A stretch of DNA of 45,551 nt, the filler included, from Jimgerdemannia flammicorona (taxonomy: Eukaryota), in NCBI GenBank assembly GCA_003990765.1. It is 2 parts of 2 records of this genome, joined end to end, with 100 filler letters (N's around TTAATTAATTAA, not from the genome) between each part and the next. Parts side by side here need not be neighbours in the genome. Positions count along the whole stretch, not along the records: positions 1 to 22,726 come from RBNJ01001214.1; positions 22,827 to 45,551 come from RBNJ01001215.1. One strand, written 5' to 3'. The position numbers and the translations under genes were made by a program. This document shows positions 12,299 through 24,225 of the stretch, piece by piece. Positions within the stretch are counted from its first letter, which is position 1; each line of letters starts with the position of its first letter. Under the pieces are notes generated by a model that was given only the letters and a program-made list of their open reading frames with translations, was not told where the DNA came from and searched no databases.

Positions 12299-12814
12299 AT
12301 GGGCAACCTATTTTCTCACCGACGTGTTTCAAAACATCTATCCCACAAACGTACTAAAGATGATTTATCCTACTATAGTCCTATGATGGAGGTGTACTGT
12401 GTGTTCATAGTGCGCTTCATCCAGATGCTCCACGACCATATCCTAACGAAGAACCGAAAACGCTGGGGTAGCGTCGCGGTGCTTGACTTGCGATTCCCAA
12501 GTAAACTGGTGGCGGCTACGGCAAAGAACCCCGCAGACAGTAGGAGCTCCAAGGAGATGTTAAAAAATCTCAAATCCACGGAGCGCATCGCCTGTGACGA
12601 TCTGAACTGGGCAATATTCTGGGACTTCGTCGATGAACGATTTAACGATGTGGAAAAGTTCAACAGATTTATACTATGGCTAGAGACAAAAGTGAATAGG
12701 GGCCAGCTCAGTGTGGATCACGTCATTACAAAGGCACATCCATCGGCCTATTGGCCTTCGAAGGATCCAGAAATGCGCTTGTTACGCTTTCAGCTCCAAT
12801 TCCACAAGTTCTAA
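12299..12814 (+). CDS. Unknown small-protein family, subtype A (171 aa, MGNLFS...)
   Basis: Intact ORF; 4-codon in-frame deletion relative to 6462 and 18324. Confidence 0.85.
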   Translation: MGNLFSHRRVSKHLSHKRTKDDLSYYSPMMEVYCVFIVRFIQMLHDHILTKNRKRWGSVAVLDLRFPSKLVAATAKNPADSRSSKEMLKNLKSTERIACDDLNWAIFWDFVDERFNDVEKFNRFILWLETKVNRGQLSVDHVITKAHPSAYWPSKDPEMRLLRFQLQFHKF

Positions 12815-14436
12815 TAGAATTTCCTAGACTTTATTTATTCTTATATCCTTGATTTTTATTTTCAATTCACTAAGAATTACTAAGTATAAAATTATGTAAA
12901 TTATTATTCAATGTCTTAATTGCAAGGAGCCATCTCACCAAGATCGGCGAATTCAGTCTGGGTAATTAGCATTGACTCATTCCGTGCCTACTGCCTGAAC
13001 CCCGAATTTTACGCGTTTTCCATATGCTGCTCTGTTAAAAAATTGCTTTCTCATTATGCATGCATCTTCACACAACCACAGTTCCATGTTCAACCAGAAA
13101 ATTGGTCACCAATAGGACCGACAGCAATGACCAGAGCTTCTCTGAAAAGAATATTTTTCTCGTGATCACCAATGCATGACCCTAGTGATACTGAAATTAG
13201 ATGGTGAAGTCACTCTTTGGCTGGGTCGTAGCGAATATGCACAGGTTTCTCCAATTTAATCCTCTGGATTACAGTTTGCCGTTTTCGGGAAATTTTTCCA
13301 TTGAAATGATGCACTCAATTATGCATACTGCTTTAATTTCTAAAATACCAGGATCTGACATCTTGCAAAAGTAACATAAATTCCTCTTCATTATCCATTT
13401 TGGTTTCTTTTCAACTTTCTCATTTATATATTTTGTTCTCAATCCACCTTTTGTGGCGTTAATAACTCTTTTTTCTCTATAGTTCGTAACATTCTGGGTG
13501 GGACCCAGCATTTTTTTTTTTTTTTTTTTTTTTGTTGCCAAACAGATATTCGCATCACATTATAGCTATCCTCTGCTTTAAACCCCAAAATCCGCGACAT
13601 AGCGCTGAGCAATGAGCGTCATTGTCATCGCGCAGATGGCAAAACTGTTAGCCAGCCTCACATAGTTGACAGTCGACGAAATAGCTGACCGTTCACATTT
13701 TCTGCGAGCCTATCGGAAGCATTTGTTTTGAACGCATCGGTACGCGGTTTCGATGGCGATTTGTTTGGTCGTTTAATGTTGATTTTCGACGAAGATTCAA
13801 TAATCAAACTGAGACGGGTTGGCAACGCAGACTCAATAACGTCCCCATATATTTTACAACCACTAAATGTAAATTATCAACACAATGCCGAGAATTCATT
13901 GGTTGAAAGTAACATTTCTATAGCACATGGCGTTCACGTTACAAGGGAATTGATCGACGAAATGAAAATCAAAAAGAACAGACGCACGGACACCTCAAAC
14001 GTATACTTTGCCATACTGGAATTCAACGAACTCGAGGGATGCAGAGGTCAACGGTGCCCGAACTCGTAATTTCCATAGGCAGTTCGCGTCTCGAAGCAAC
14101 AAAAATAAGGTTCATGCTTTAACTTGGCTCATCTTTGAAGCACGCATATCTTTGAATTTGAAAGACATCGTTATAGACAAATAAATAAAAGTGGATGTGA
14201 ACTTTTTTTTTTTTTTTTTTTTTTTTTAGAGAAAGAGAATAGGATAAAATAAATAAAAATAAAAAATGAAAAGAAAGATTATAGTCAGGAGTCTAAAACT
14301 AAATGCTCTCCTTGCTGCTATATACTAATTTGTCTATCTCGAATTTTTCATTTACATTGTGGAAAAGAAAATCTATATGTATGTTCTAGAAACAGGGCAT
14401 CTAAATTGATATTCCACACCCAAAATGTCTGTGAAA

Positions 14437-14922
14437 TTAAAGTTGAAATCGAAGCAAGCGCATTTCGGGGTCCTCCGAAGAACAGTCCATCGAGATATCC
14501 ACATTGATCCGGCCCCTATCCACCTTTTCCACAAGCTCCAACTTAAATCTTTCGAACTCTTCTTTAACTTGGGTATGTCGCTCCTCGAGAAAGTCCAAAA
14601 GGATTCCCCAGTCCAGGCGTTCGCAGTCGCTACGCTCCATGCGTTTAAGCTTTTTCAACATATTCTTTCGACTTCTGTTGTGCGCGGAGACCTCTACCGT
14701 GGCCGCCACCAACTTCTCCGGCTTTGATTTCGAGAATCGTAATTCAAGCACGAAGTTGCCACGTTTTTGGCTCTTCGTTAGGACGTGGTCGTAGATCATC
14801 TGGATGAAGCGCACTATGAACACGCCGTACAACTCCGTCTCCATCATTGGGCTAAGGCTGGATACTACACTGTTCGGAAGTGCATGAATTGAGGCACGAC
14901 GACGAGAGAATATGGTGCCCAT
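14437..14922 (-). CDS. Unknown small-protein family, subtype B (161 aa, MGTIFS...)
   Basis: Open ORF with TATA at ~14971-14978. Ends five residues earlier than the 20913 copy (CAA->TAA); the native stop region is deleted. Confidence 0.75.
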   Translation of the reverse strand: MGTIFSRRRASIHALPNSVVSSLSPMMETELYGVFIVRFIQMIYDHVLTKSQKRGNFVLELRFSKSKPEKLVAATVEVSAHNRSRKNMLKKLKRMERSDCERLDWGILLDFLEERHTQVKEEFERFKLELVEKVDRGRINVDISMDCSSEDPEMRLLRFQL

Positions 14923-17169
14923 TTTGTATTGGCTGAAAATTTTAGTAGTATGGAATGAAGTTCTTTCGAGTTTATATAATTACCACGACTTCTCTATACA
15001 TGTCACTGCGATCGTCATCTCAAACGTTAATTTTCAAAATGGTTGTTATCAGTCGCTGCGCGATCCGAGATATCCGAATGCGGTCATAAACCTCTACCAA
15101 TGGAAGCCCCTGAAATGATGAACCAACAGAGAGAGGAACATAACGATGTAATGTATGCCTGTCTCTCATCTCTATCATCGTCTGCAATAACAGCCTTTTG
15201 TACGCTCTGTAGGAAGGAAATTAAAGAACCTTACAGTCTTCGGAAAATTGCTTTAAACGATCCTACTCCGCTACACCTCAACTCCATGTTCAACATGAAA
15301 ATTAGTCACCGTCAACCGACAGCAACGATCAGCGCTTCTCTGAAAAGAATATCTTTTTACATTTTTTGTCGTTCTCGATGACGGGTTGTCAGGTTTGGCC
15401 AAATTGCTTATTTTTTAGTAGACATCCATTGGTGAAGGAGAGACCGAAGTACCGCCAAAAGGGTTCTTGTCTAACCAAACACCAATATCTATTGTTTATG
15501 CCAAACACCCCAGAGCTGGACAATCATCCTCACATGCTCTTTGTGCTCTTTCGGGTGAGGGCCATGGAATTCGACGGATAGTCTTCCCATATTAAGGGAT
15601 TTCAGTATCTTTTTCTATGTTCCTTGGGACCAAACGATTGGTCCCAAGGCACCGGGTAACGGACAGAACCAACTAAGAAAGGATCTGCTTGGATTACTTT
15701 ACACGGCCCATGGAATAGAAAAACTACCATACTACTTATAAAGCCCAACAACGTAGAACCCGAATGCAGGCACTCTGGGAGCCCATCGTAACAAAACTCC
15801 GGAAAGGGCGAAAAAAACCCTCGCAGACACAGACATACATCGAACGCTCTGGTGATTCTTTTGGATGAGTGATCTTTTTCCCCCTCCCCTTCAAGGTGTC
15901 GACACGCTAGGAAGGGGCCGTCAAAGAGAGCCAGCGCCATGGCTCAAGATTCTATTGGAAGTCAACGTCAATGCGTCCCTCACACAAACAACCCAAATAA
16001 TGGACCTGAGGTGGCTGAGGTGGTGGGACGATGATCACAGCTTGTGGAACGACGATTTAGGGGCTGAGACTGCTTGTAATATATATGCACACTGCGGAGA
16101 GATCTCTCTATATTGTCGGTTATTTTAGATAGAAGAGATTTGTATAAATAATTGAATTTAAGTGAGTGTATTAAAGGGCAGTTTTGGAATATCAAAGCGA
16201 TGTGTATTCAAGAAACAATTTATCCAAAGAATCCGCATGATATGTCGCTTTTCAGTCTCCCACGGTGGCTCTAAGACGCTTTACTCAGTAAATTCCTTAG
16301 CATACCCGTCGTCCTAGATCCATAATTTCCCGTCCACCACCCTTTATTATCGATTTCCTAGCGATCATTTTCTATGGAACCTCTTCCGCAGAACCTCCAT
16401 TCCTACAAGGTGAAATTCGTAAACCGCGTGAGAAGGCCGCCATTGTTAATTTGGTAAGTCACACAATGGAATTTGCGTAATCACGAAGCCTCTATAGCTT
16501 TGTGCACTACATCTCATGCCTTTTTTTCCTGTCACACTTCATCGACCAGTAAACACGAGTTAAGAGCCGTTAACTCATTCATGGAACCAAATCAAAGGCC
16601 GGAGCGAAACCACTGGACGTCGAGTTTACTTGACAAAAAGATTTGTAGTTTGCGTAGTGATTTTCTTTGGGATCCGGCACACAGAAGGATATGCGTTGTA
16701 TCGAAATGATTGTGTGCTTGAGACGGCGGAGCAAGTGTCGAGCGTGGAATATTCCACGGTTAGGGAATGACACCTTTGCTGACCCGCACGTCAAACATTC
16801 TATCCCTTGTTAAACTTGTACTGAACTTTCGTCGTCACGAAGCAAATAGGCTGCTACTGTCTGCGGAATGAGGACTATATGGTACATTATTGTATCCTCA
16901 TTATTCAGGATGTCGGCGGTGAAATTCTCGATGCCTTTACAAAGTGAACTAAATTGATTCTCCCGTCTATTAATGAACTCGCCACCTTCCTCGACCAGCA
17001 TCTCCATGACGACACTTTGTCACTAGAAGATATTGGCATTGCATTTCAGATTGTTGACCGACACCCTCGGTGCGGCCAGCACTCCGGTACAAACCATCTC
17101 CGCTCAAAGGGACCGAGGCCTCTCCACTCTTTCATGAGAGACAATGCCTCCCCCCCCCCCTGCCAGTGC

Positions 17170-17497
17170 CTACGAACTTCTGAGCCGGCCCCTATTCATC
17201 TTGGTCACTAGCTCTAGATTGAATCTCTCCAATCCCCCCACCACCTGGTAAAATCGCTCTTCAACAAATTCCTGCGCTCCACGGATTTGAAATTTTTTTA
17301 ACATCTCCTTGCGACGCCTACTGTCCGCAGAGGCCTCTGCCGTGGCTGCCACCAGCTCCTCTGACTCTGGGTTTCGGAACCACATTTCAAGCACCACGAA
17401 GCTGCCCCAGCGTTTTCGGTTCTTCACTAGGACGTGGTGGTGGATCATCAGGACGAAGTGCACTATGAACACATTAGCGCGAGAATATGTTGCCCAT
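17170..17497 (-). pseudogene. Small-protein family subtype C pseudogene
   Basis: ATG GGC AAC ATA TTC TCG CGC TAA: an internal deletion gives a stop after 7 codons. The remainder is homologous in another frame (ORF 17170-17562). Confidence 0.85.
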
Positions 17498-18323
17498 TTT
17501 GGTTGGAAATGTATGGAATTCAGATCTGACGGAGAGGGGTTTATATAATTACTATGGGACACAATTCAAATAGATGTAAATAAATAATTAAATATGAGGT
17601 GATTATAAATTGCTAGTATATTCCTAAATTGATATGAGATGATAAAATTCAGTATTTTGTACCGTAACCACCTATGTTCGTCTCGTTCGTCCTTTCGTCT
17701 TTAATTATATATTCAGAAAGATATTTTGGATTTAAGATTTGCTGTGTTGGAGAAGGGGTCGCCAACAATGTGCAGAGAATATGTGTTTGTTTTAATTTAC
17801 TTTGCTATGTACATGTCGCATGCTTAGTATCTAGTAACTATTAATATTGCACAATTGTATGTCGTAATATTTATTTGATAAATATTATAAGGTTTGTTTC
17901 CCATAGTAGTTGGATCGGTCATTTTTAGTCTGTGAAACAGCGCTTATGTAATGGAGCAACCGAGAGCGGAGGGCAATGACTGTATGCTGGCTCATCTAAA
18001 CATGACTTTGAGTTTGTGATTGGTGTTGGGATGTGCGAATTGCATGTGGCCTTTTTTTTTTTTTTTCGGATCTGCACATGCTTAATTCTATCAAATTAAA
18101 AACGTCGTTATTTTCTGTTGATAAATGTGGCTGTTAATGGCGTAGGAGAGACAGGTGACGTCTAAAAAGGTTACGGGACCGCAAGACCATAGGACCGCGG
18201 AACCGCGGGACGGCGGGACCGCAGGATCGCAAGTCAGACATAACTCGGTTCGCCACCCCGGTCCACCTATATATATGCCACTCCCAGTAAGATGATTTCA
18301 ACAACGCCTCCAGTCAGTTCAAA

Positions 18324-18851
18324 ATGGGCAACCTATTTTCTCACCGACTTGTCTCAAAACATCTATCCCACAAACGAACTGAAGATGATTTATCCTACTA
18401 TAGTCCTATGATGGAGGTGTACTGTGTGTTCATAGTGCGCTTCATCCAGATGCTCCACGACCATATCCTAGAGAAGAACCGAAAACGCTGGGGTAGCGTC
18501 GTGGTGCTTGACTTGCGATTCCCGACCTCAGATCCAAGTAAACTGGTGGCGGCCACAGCAAAGAACCCCGCAGACAGTAGGAGCTCCAAGGAGATGTTAA
18601 AAAATCTCAAATCCACGGAGCGCATCGTCTGCGACGATCTGAACTGGGCAATATTCTGGGACTTCGTCGATGAACGATTTAACGATGTGGAAAAGTTCAA
18701 CAGATTCATACTGTGGCTAGAGGCGAGCGTGAATAGGGGCCAGCTCAGTGTGGATCACATCATTACAAAGGCACATCCATCGGTCTATTGGCCTTCGAAG
18801 GATCCAGAAATGCGCTTGTTACGCTTTCAGCTCCAATTTCACGAGTTTTAA
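18324..18851 (+). CDS. Unknown small-protein family, subtype A (175 aa, MGNLFS...)
   Basis: Intact ORF; TATA at ~18268; GGACCGC repeats at ~18175-18235. Confidence 0.85.
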   Translation: MGNLFSHRLVSKHLSHKRTEDDLSYYSPMMEVYCVFIVRFIQMLHDHILEKNRKRWGSVVVLDLRFPTSDPSKLVAATAKNPADSRSSKEMLKNLKSTERIVCDDLNWAIFWDFVDERFNDVEKFNRFILWLEASVNRGQLSVDHIITKAHPSVYWPSKDPEMRLLRFQLQFHEF

Positions 18852-20159
18852 TAGAACTTTCCCAGACTATACTTATAATTATATCCTTATTTATATTCTA
18901 ATTCACTAATAATCTTTATTTATAAAACGTTGTAAATTATCATTAAATGTCCTAATTGCAGAGAGCCATCTCACCAAGATCGACGAATTCAGGCCTAGGT
19001 AATTAGCAATGTGGCTGTTCCGTGCCTACTGCCTGAACCCCAAATTTTACGCGTTTTCCATACACATGCATCTTCTCACAACCTTAGTTCCATTTCAACC
19101 AGAAAATTGGTCACCAACAGGACCGACAGCAATGACCAGACCTTCTCTGAAAAGAATATTTTTCTCGTGATCATCAATGGTGTGTACAAAGTATGACCCT
19201 AGAGAGCTCTATTCCAAAAGGGGAATACTGAATTTAGATTGTGAACAAATCAGGTAAATTTTTCCATTGAAATGACGCACTCAATTATGCATATTGCTTT
19301 AATTTCTACAATACCAGGACCTGACATTTTGCAAAAGTGGTACAAACATAAATTCCTCTTCATTATCCATTTTGGCTTCTTTTCAACTTTCTCATTTATA
19401 TCTTTTGTTCTCAATCCACCTTTGTGGCATTAATAACTTTTTTTTTTCTCTATAGTTCGTAACATTCTGGGTGGGACTCGGCATTTTTTTTTTTTTTTTT
19501 TTTTTATTGCCAATCAACAGAGATTCGCATCGCATTGTAGCTATCCTCTGCTTTCAACCCCAAAATCCGCGACATAGCGTTGAGCAATGAGCGTCATTTA
19601 CATCGCGCAGACGGTCAAACTGTTAGCCAGCCTCACATAGTTGACAGTCAACGAAATAGCCGACCGTTCACATTTTCTGCGAGCCTATCGGAAGCATTTG
19701 TTTTAAACGCATCGTTACTTTCGATGGCGATTTTTTTGGTCGTTTAATGTTGATTTTCGACGAAGATTCAATAATCAAACTGAGACGGGTTGGCAACGCA
19801 GACTCAATATCGTCCCCATATATTTTACAACCACCAAATGTAAATTGTCAACACAAATGATCGACCTCTCAGAATGCTGAGAATTCATTGGATGAAAGTA
19901 ACATTTCTATAGCACATGGCGTTCACGTTATACGGGAATTGATCGGCGAAATGAAAATCGAAAAGAACAGACGCACGGACACCTCAAACGTATACTTTGC
20001 CATACTGGAATCCAACGAACTCGAGGGATGCAGAGGTCAAACTCGTAACTTCCATAGGCAGTTCGCGTCTCGAAGCAACAAAAGTAAGGTTCGTGCTTTA
20101 ACTTGGCTCATCTTTGAAGCACATATATCTTTGAATTTGAGATATATTTAAACAAAATA

Positions 20160-20205
<46 letters not shown>

Positions 20206-20415
20206 AATAAAAATAAAAATGAAATAAAATAAAAATGAAAAACGAAAAGAAAGATTATAGGCAGGAGTCTAAAACGAAATGTTTTCCTTGCTGCTATATA
20301 CTAATTTGTCTATCTCGAATTTTGCATTTATATTGTGGAAAAGAAAATCTATATGTTCTAGAAACAGGGTATCTAAATTGACTGAGAACGAAAATTCCAC
20401 ACCTAAAATGTCTGT

Positions 20416-20913
20416 TTAAAAGTTGTGAAATTGAAGTTGAAATCGAAGCAAGCGCATTTCGGGGTCCTCCGAAGAACAGTCCATCGAGATATCCACACTG
20501 ATCCGGCCCCTATCCACCTTTTTCACAAGCTCCAACTTAAATCTTTCGAACTCTTCTTTAACTTGGGTAAGTCGCTCCTCGAGAAAGTCCCAAAGTATTC
20601 CCCAGTCCAGGCGTTCGCAGGCGCTACGCTCCATGCGTTTAAGCTTTTTCAACATATTCTTTCGACTTCTGTTGTGCGCGGAGACCTCTACCAACTTCTC
20701 CGGCTTTGATTTCGGGAATCGTAATTCAAGCACGAAGTTGCCGCGGTTTTGGCTCTTCTTTAGGACGTGGTCGTAGATCATCTGGATGAAAAGCGCTATG
20801 AACACACCGTACAACTCCGTCTCCATCATTGGGTTAAGGCAGGATACTACACTGTTTGGAAGTGCATGGGACTGTCGAATTGAGGCACGACGACGAGAGA
20901 ATATGGTGCCCAT
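20416..20913 (-). CDS. Unknown small-protein family, subtype B (165 aa, MGTIFS...)
   Basis: Intact ORF ending DPEMRLLRFQLQFHNF; 4-codon in-frame deletion (AATV) versus the 14922 copy; TATA at ~20964-20971. Confidence 0.85.
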   Translation of the reverse strand: MGTIFSRRRASIRQSHALPNSVVSCLNPMMETELYGVFIALFIQMIYDHVLKKSQNRGNFVLELRFPKSKPEKLVEVSAHNRSRKNMLKKLKRMERSACERLDWGILWDFLEERLTQVKEEFERFKLELVKKVDRGRISVDISMDCSSEDPEMRLLRFQLQFHNF

Positions 20914-22446
20914 CTTGTATTGGCTGAAAATTTTAGTAGTATGGAATGAAGTTCTTTCCAGAGTTTATATAATTACCACGACTTCCAATTTCTGATCTAT
21001 ATATGTCACATCTCAAACGTTAATTTTTAAAATGGTTGTTAGTTCACCTCTCGGATTGCACAGATCCATTCTGTCCACTTGAACGGTATCAAGTTTCTGT
21101 ACCATGATTGCTGATGACGAAAGACGTAATTTATGGAAACCTTCGGCCACAAACGAACGAGGCTCAGTCGCTGCGCGATCCGAGATATCCGAATGCGGTC
21201 ATAAACTCCCACCAATGGAACTAAGCCCCTGAAATGATGAACCAACAGACAGAGGAAAATACGATGTAATGCATGCCTGTCTCCCATCTCTATCATCGTG
21301 TGCAATAACTGCTCTGTTGGAAGGAAAACAATGAATCTTACAGTCTTCGGAAAATTGCTTTAAACCATCCTACTCCGCTACACCCTGAACTCCATGTTCA
21401 ACATGAAAATTGGTTACCGACACAACCGACAGCAACGATCAGCGCTTTTCTGAAAAGAATATCTTTTTACATTTTTGTCGTTCTCGATGACGGGTTGTCA
21501 GGTTTGGCCAAATCGCTCGGAAGGGATTAGCAAGTTGTATACTTTTTTGTAGACATCCATTGGTGGTTCGGGTGTCCGCGGGCGCTCTACAAATCCAGCC
21601 GGTTTTATTTCTTTTGAGAGACAGAAGTAGCCAAACACCAATATCTATTGTTTACGCCAAACACCCCAGAGCTGGACCCATGGCACTCAACGGTCATAGT
21701 CTTCCCATATTAGGGGGTTCAGTATCTTTTTTGGGGCCAAACGATTGGTCCCTGATCATGCGCATGCATGGTACAAACTACTGTTCGAAGCCCCCTATCC
21801 AATTTTACCACCTCAGCCACCTCAGGTCCATTATGGGTTGTTTGGGTGACCTCCAATAGAACTTTAAGCCGAGGCACTGGCTTTTTTGTCCTTTCCGGAA
21901 TTTTGTTACGAGTGCCTGCGTTCGGGTTCTACGTTGTTGGGCTTTATAGTATGTTAGTTTTTCTGTTCCATGAGCCGTGTAAAGTAATCCAAGCAGATCC
22001 TTTCTTGGTTGGTTGTTTTATTGATAATGCAAATTACGCAGAGATTGATGACATCTACATTGATAACGTCTACATAAGTATAAACCACAAATTACAAAAT
22101 TACTTGAATAATAGAGTTGCGAATCTCAACATTCTCGCTCAACGAGATATCAATATATCCCAAATAACTGACAAGAAATGCAGGATATGTAGAGGAAATG
22201 CATTCAAACTAAAAACTAGAATACGAGGTTTTTTAGTGTAAAAAAATGACTGTAATATTACTTATGAATAAGGGATATAAGTAATATTTATATAAAGTAA
22301 TAGAAATGTAAAAAATAATGTAAGAGAGACTTTTGAGTATCTGAAAAGTATTCTATAATAGTTACTAAGCTAGGGTAGAGGTTGTTATAAGTTCTGTTCC
22401 TTATATATATCAAACTTTATTTTGAATATATTATATATCTATATAT

Positions 22447-22600
22447 TGTGATGATTGATATAAATTAGGAATATGAATCAGAGAAATAGATATTTGATCA
22501 CAGTATCTAAATCTGGTTCCTAAATATAGTATAACCTTTACAAATAGCAGTCATTTTAAAAATATAAAAACTTTAACAAATGTTAGAATTTTATGAATAT
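22447..22600 (+). mobile_element. 5' part of an old, C->T-decayed LTR
   Basis: Begins TGTGATGA after ATAT and aligns with 40987-41140 (aatatgaatcag...aatagatatttgatc...tatctaaatctg...taaatatagtata). Interrupted by the young LTR at 22601. Confidence 0.65.
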
Positions 22601-22726
22601 TGTGACGGTACAGCCGAATTTGGAAGAAGGAAATAGGGAATAGACACTTGATCGCACCCATTCCCAAAGTAGTATAGCCTTATAGTTAGCAGTCCTCGAT
22701 TTCGACATTGTCTAATTTCTTAGACA
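22601..22726 (+). mobile_element. Start of a young LTR (TGTGACGG...), cut by the gap
   Basis: 125/126 nt identical to the reverse complement of 136-261; preceded by ATAT. Confidence 0.75.
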
Positions 22727-22826
22727 NNNNNNNNNNNNNNNNNNNNNNNNNNNNNNNNNNNNNNNNNNNNTTAATTAATTAANNNNNNNNNNNNNNNNNN
22801 NNNNNNNNNNNNNNNNNNNNNNNNNN
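22727..22826. other. Artificial contig-joining spacer
   Basis: 44 N + TTAATTAATTAA (stops in all six frames) + 44 N = exactly 100 nt. Confidence 0.95.
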
Positions 22827-22829
22827 TTT

Positions 22830-24225
22830 TTTTATCAAGAAGAGTATTGTAAATTTACTAATTATATTGATAATCTGGTAAATTAGATAAATTTTCTAAG
22901 TATACCAGTAGAGTATATTAGTGATAAAGACAAGATTCTAACCCTTATATGAGATCTTTCTAAGATATATAATATCATAGTAGTAGTTATATATAAGAGT
23001 GTAAAACCTACAAACTATATCTATATAATAATGAGTCTCATTAATAAAGAGATATATTAAGAAAACAGTGACAATGATGATGATGAGAAAATTATACAGA
23101 TGAGATAAGAAATATCAATAAGATCAGTAAAGTGAGTCTACTAAGTTCAATAGAAATAGCTATTATTATAGCAAGTATAGATATATACAAAATAACTACT
23201 ATTATAAAAATAAGAAGAATGATGAAAATAAGCATAAAAGCCAGTATTAGCAACATAAAAACAGCAGAAAGAAATATAATAGCAAAGAGCAGTATAATAT
23301 AAATACTGTTAAAACTAATAATAAGAGTAACATATTTTTTATATAAGTAATATCTCTATATATATATCTACTGATAAGACTACAGTCAGTAAGAGTGTTA
23401 ATATTACTGATAATAATGATGTTTAAATTATAGATTCAGATACTATACAATATATAATAGTCTACTAAGAATAGTTCTTAACATATAAGTCATTCAAATA
23501 TCTTATATCTATTAAGTTAAGTAATAATAATATTATCTATACTCAAGATAAGAGAAATATTAATATATATCTTTATAGAAATATTGCCAAACTCTCTAGT
23601 ATATTTCAGTACATACTATATACTCTGAAGATAGATAAGAATCTCTTCTTAATTAGAAAAATAATAGCCTGTAATAATAAAGAAATATATATTCATCTAA
23701 AGAGAGTAATGATATATAGTCTGAAGAATAACATAAGCTAATAATAGTCTCAAAATAAGCATAATCAATAGGATCCAAATGGGAATAGCACAACTATATA
23801 TATAATAACAACTATGCTCAGTATCAATATTTAGTATTAGTACTTAGAGCATATTGATAAAATAAGTCTCAAATATATAATAAGAAGTAGATCTGTGAGA
23901 GGATTACCAGAATATATATACTCTAAAGATAGCTTCTATAAAGATTATATAGTAATCAAAGTATCTCAGTATCTATTCAAAAAATAATTAAAATATATAT
24001 CTGAGATTCTAGATCTTATATATATATATATAGACTAATATATACTCTATCATATTTTATTAAGAAATATTTCATTATATTCATTGATAATCATATATAT
24101 ATATAAGATATATATATTTCTTATTAGCAAAAAGTGAGACTCTAGAAAAGTTCAAAGAGTCCAAAGCAATTACTAAAACCAAAATAAGATATATATAGAA
24201 TATATATTATATACTCAGACAATAA
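22830..24225 (+). mobile_element. Heavily decayed Ty1/Copia gag-protease-integrase fragment
   Basis: G->A/C->T relics in Copia order: IDSDTIQYI (~23431, from xDSGATQHM), NLFxIxK (~23640), *Y*YLEHI (~23832, from WHxRLGH), LDLI (~24008), KSETLEKFKE (~24130), SDN (~24214). Confidence 0.65.

Larger units (their letters stand above)
10360..15750. repeat. ~6 kb direct segmental duplication, unit 1
   Basis: Colinear with ~16575-22010: ATG 11377/17497, 12299/18324, 14922/20913 (offset about 6.0-6.1 kb). Boundaries approximate. Confidence 0.85.
16575..22010. repeat. ~6 kb direct segmental duplication, unit 2
   Basis: Colinear copy of ~10360-15750. Confidence 0.85.

Noticed and set aside
136..22726. 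Inverted 126-bp copies as TIRs of a giant transposon carrying the gene cluster
   Set aside because: Their defined TG termini face inward and the homology extends outward; the sequence also matches the Gypsy-type LTR, so these are two LTR insertions.
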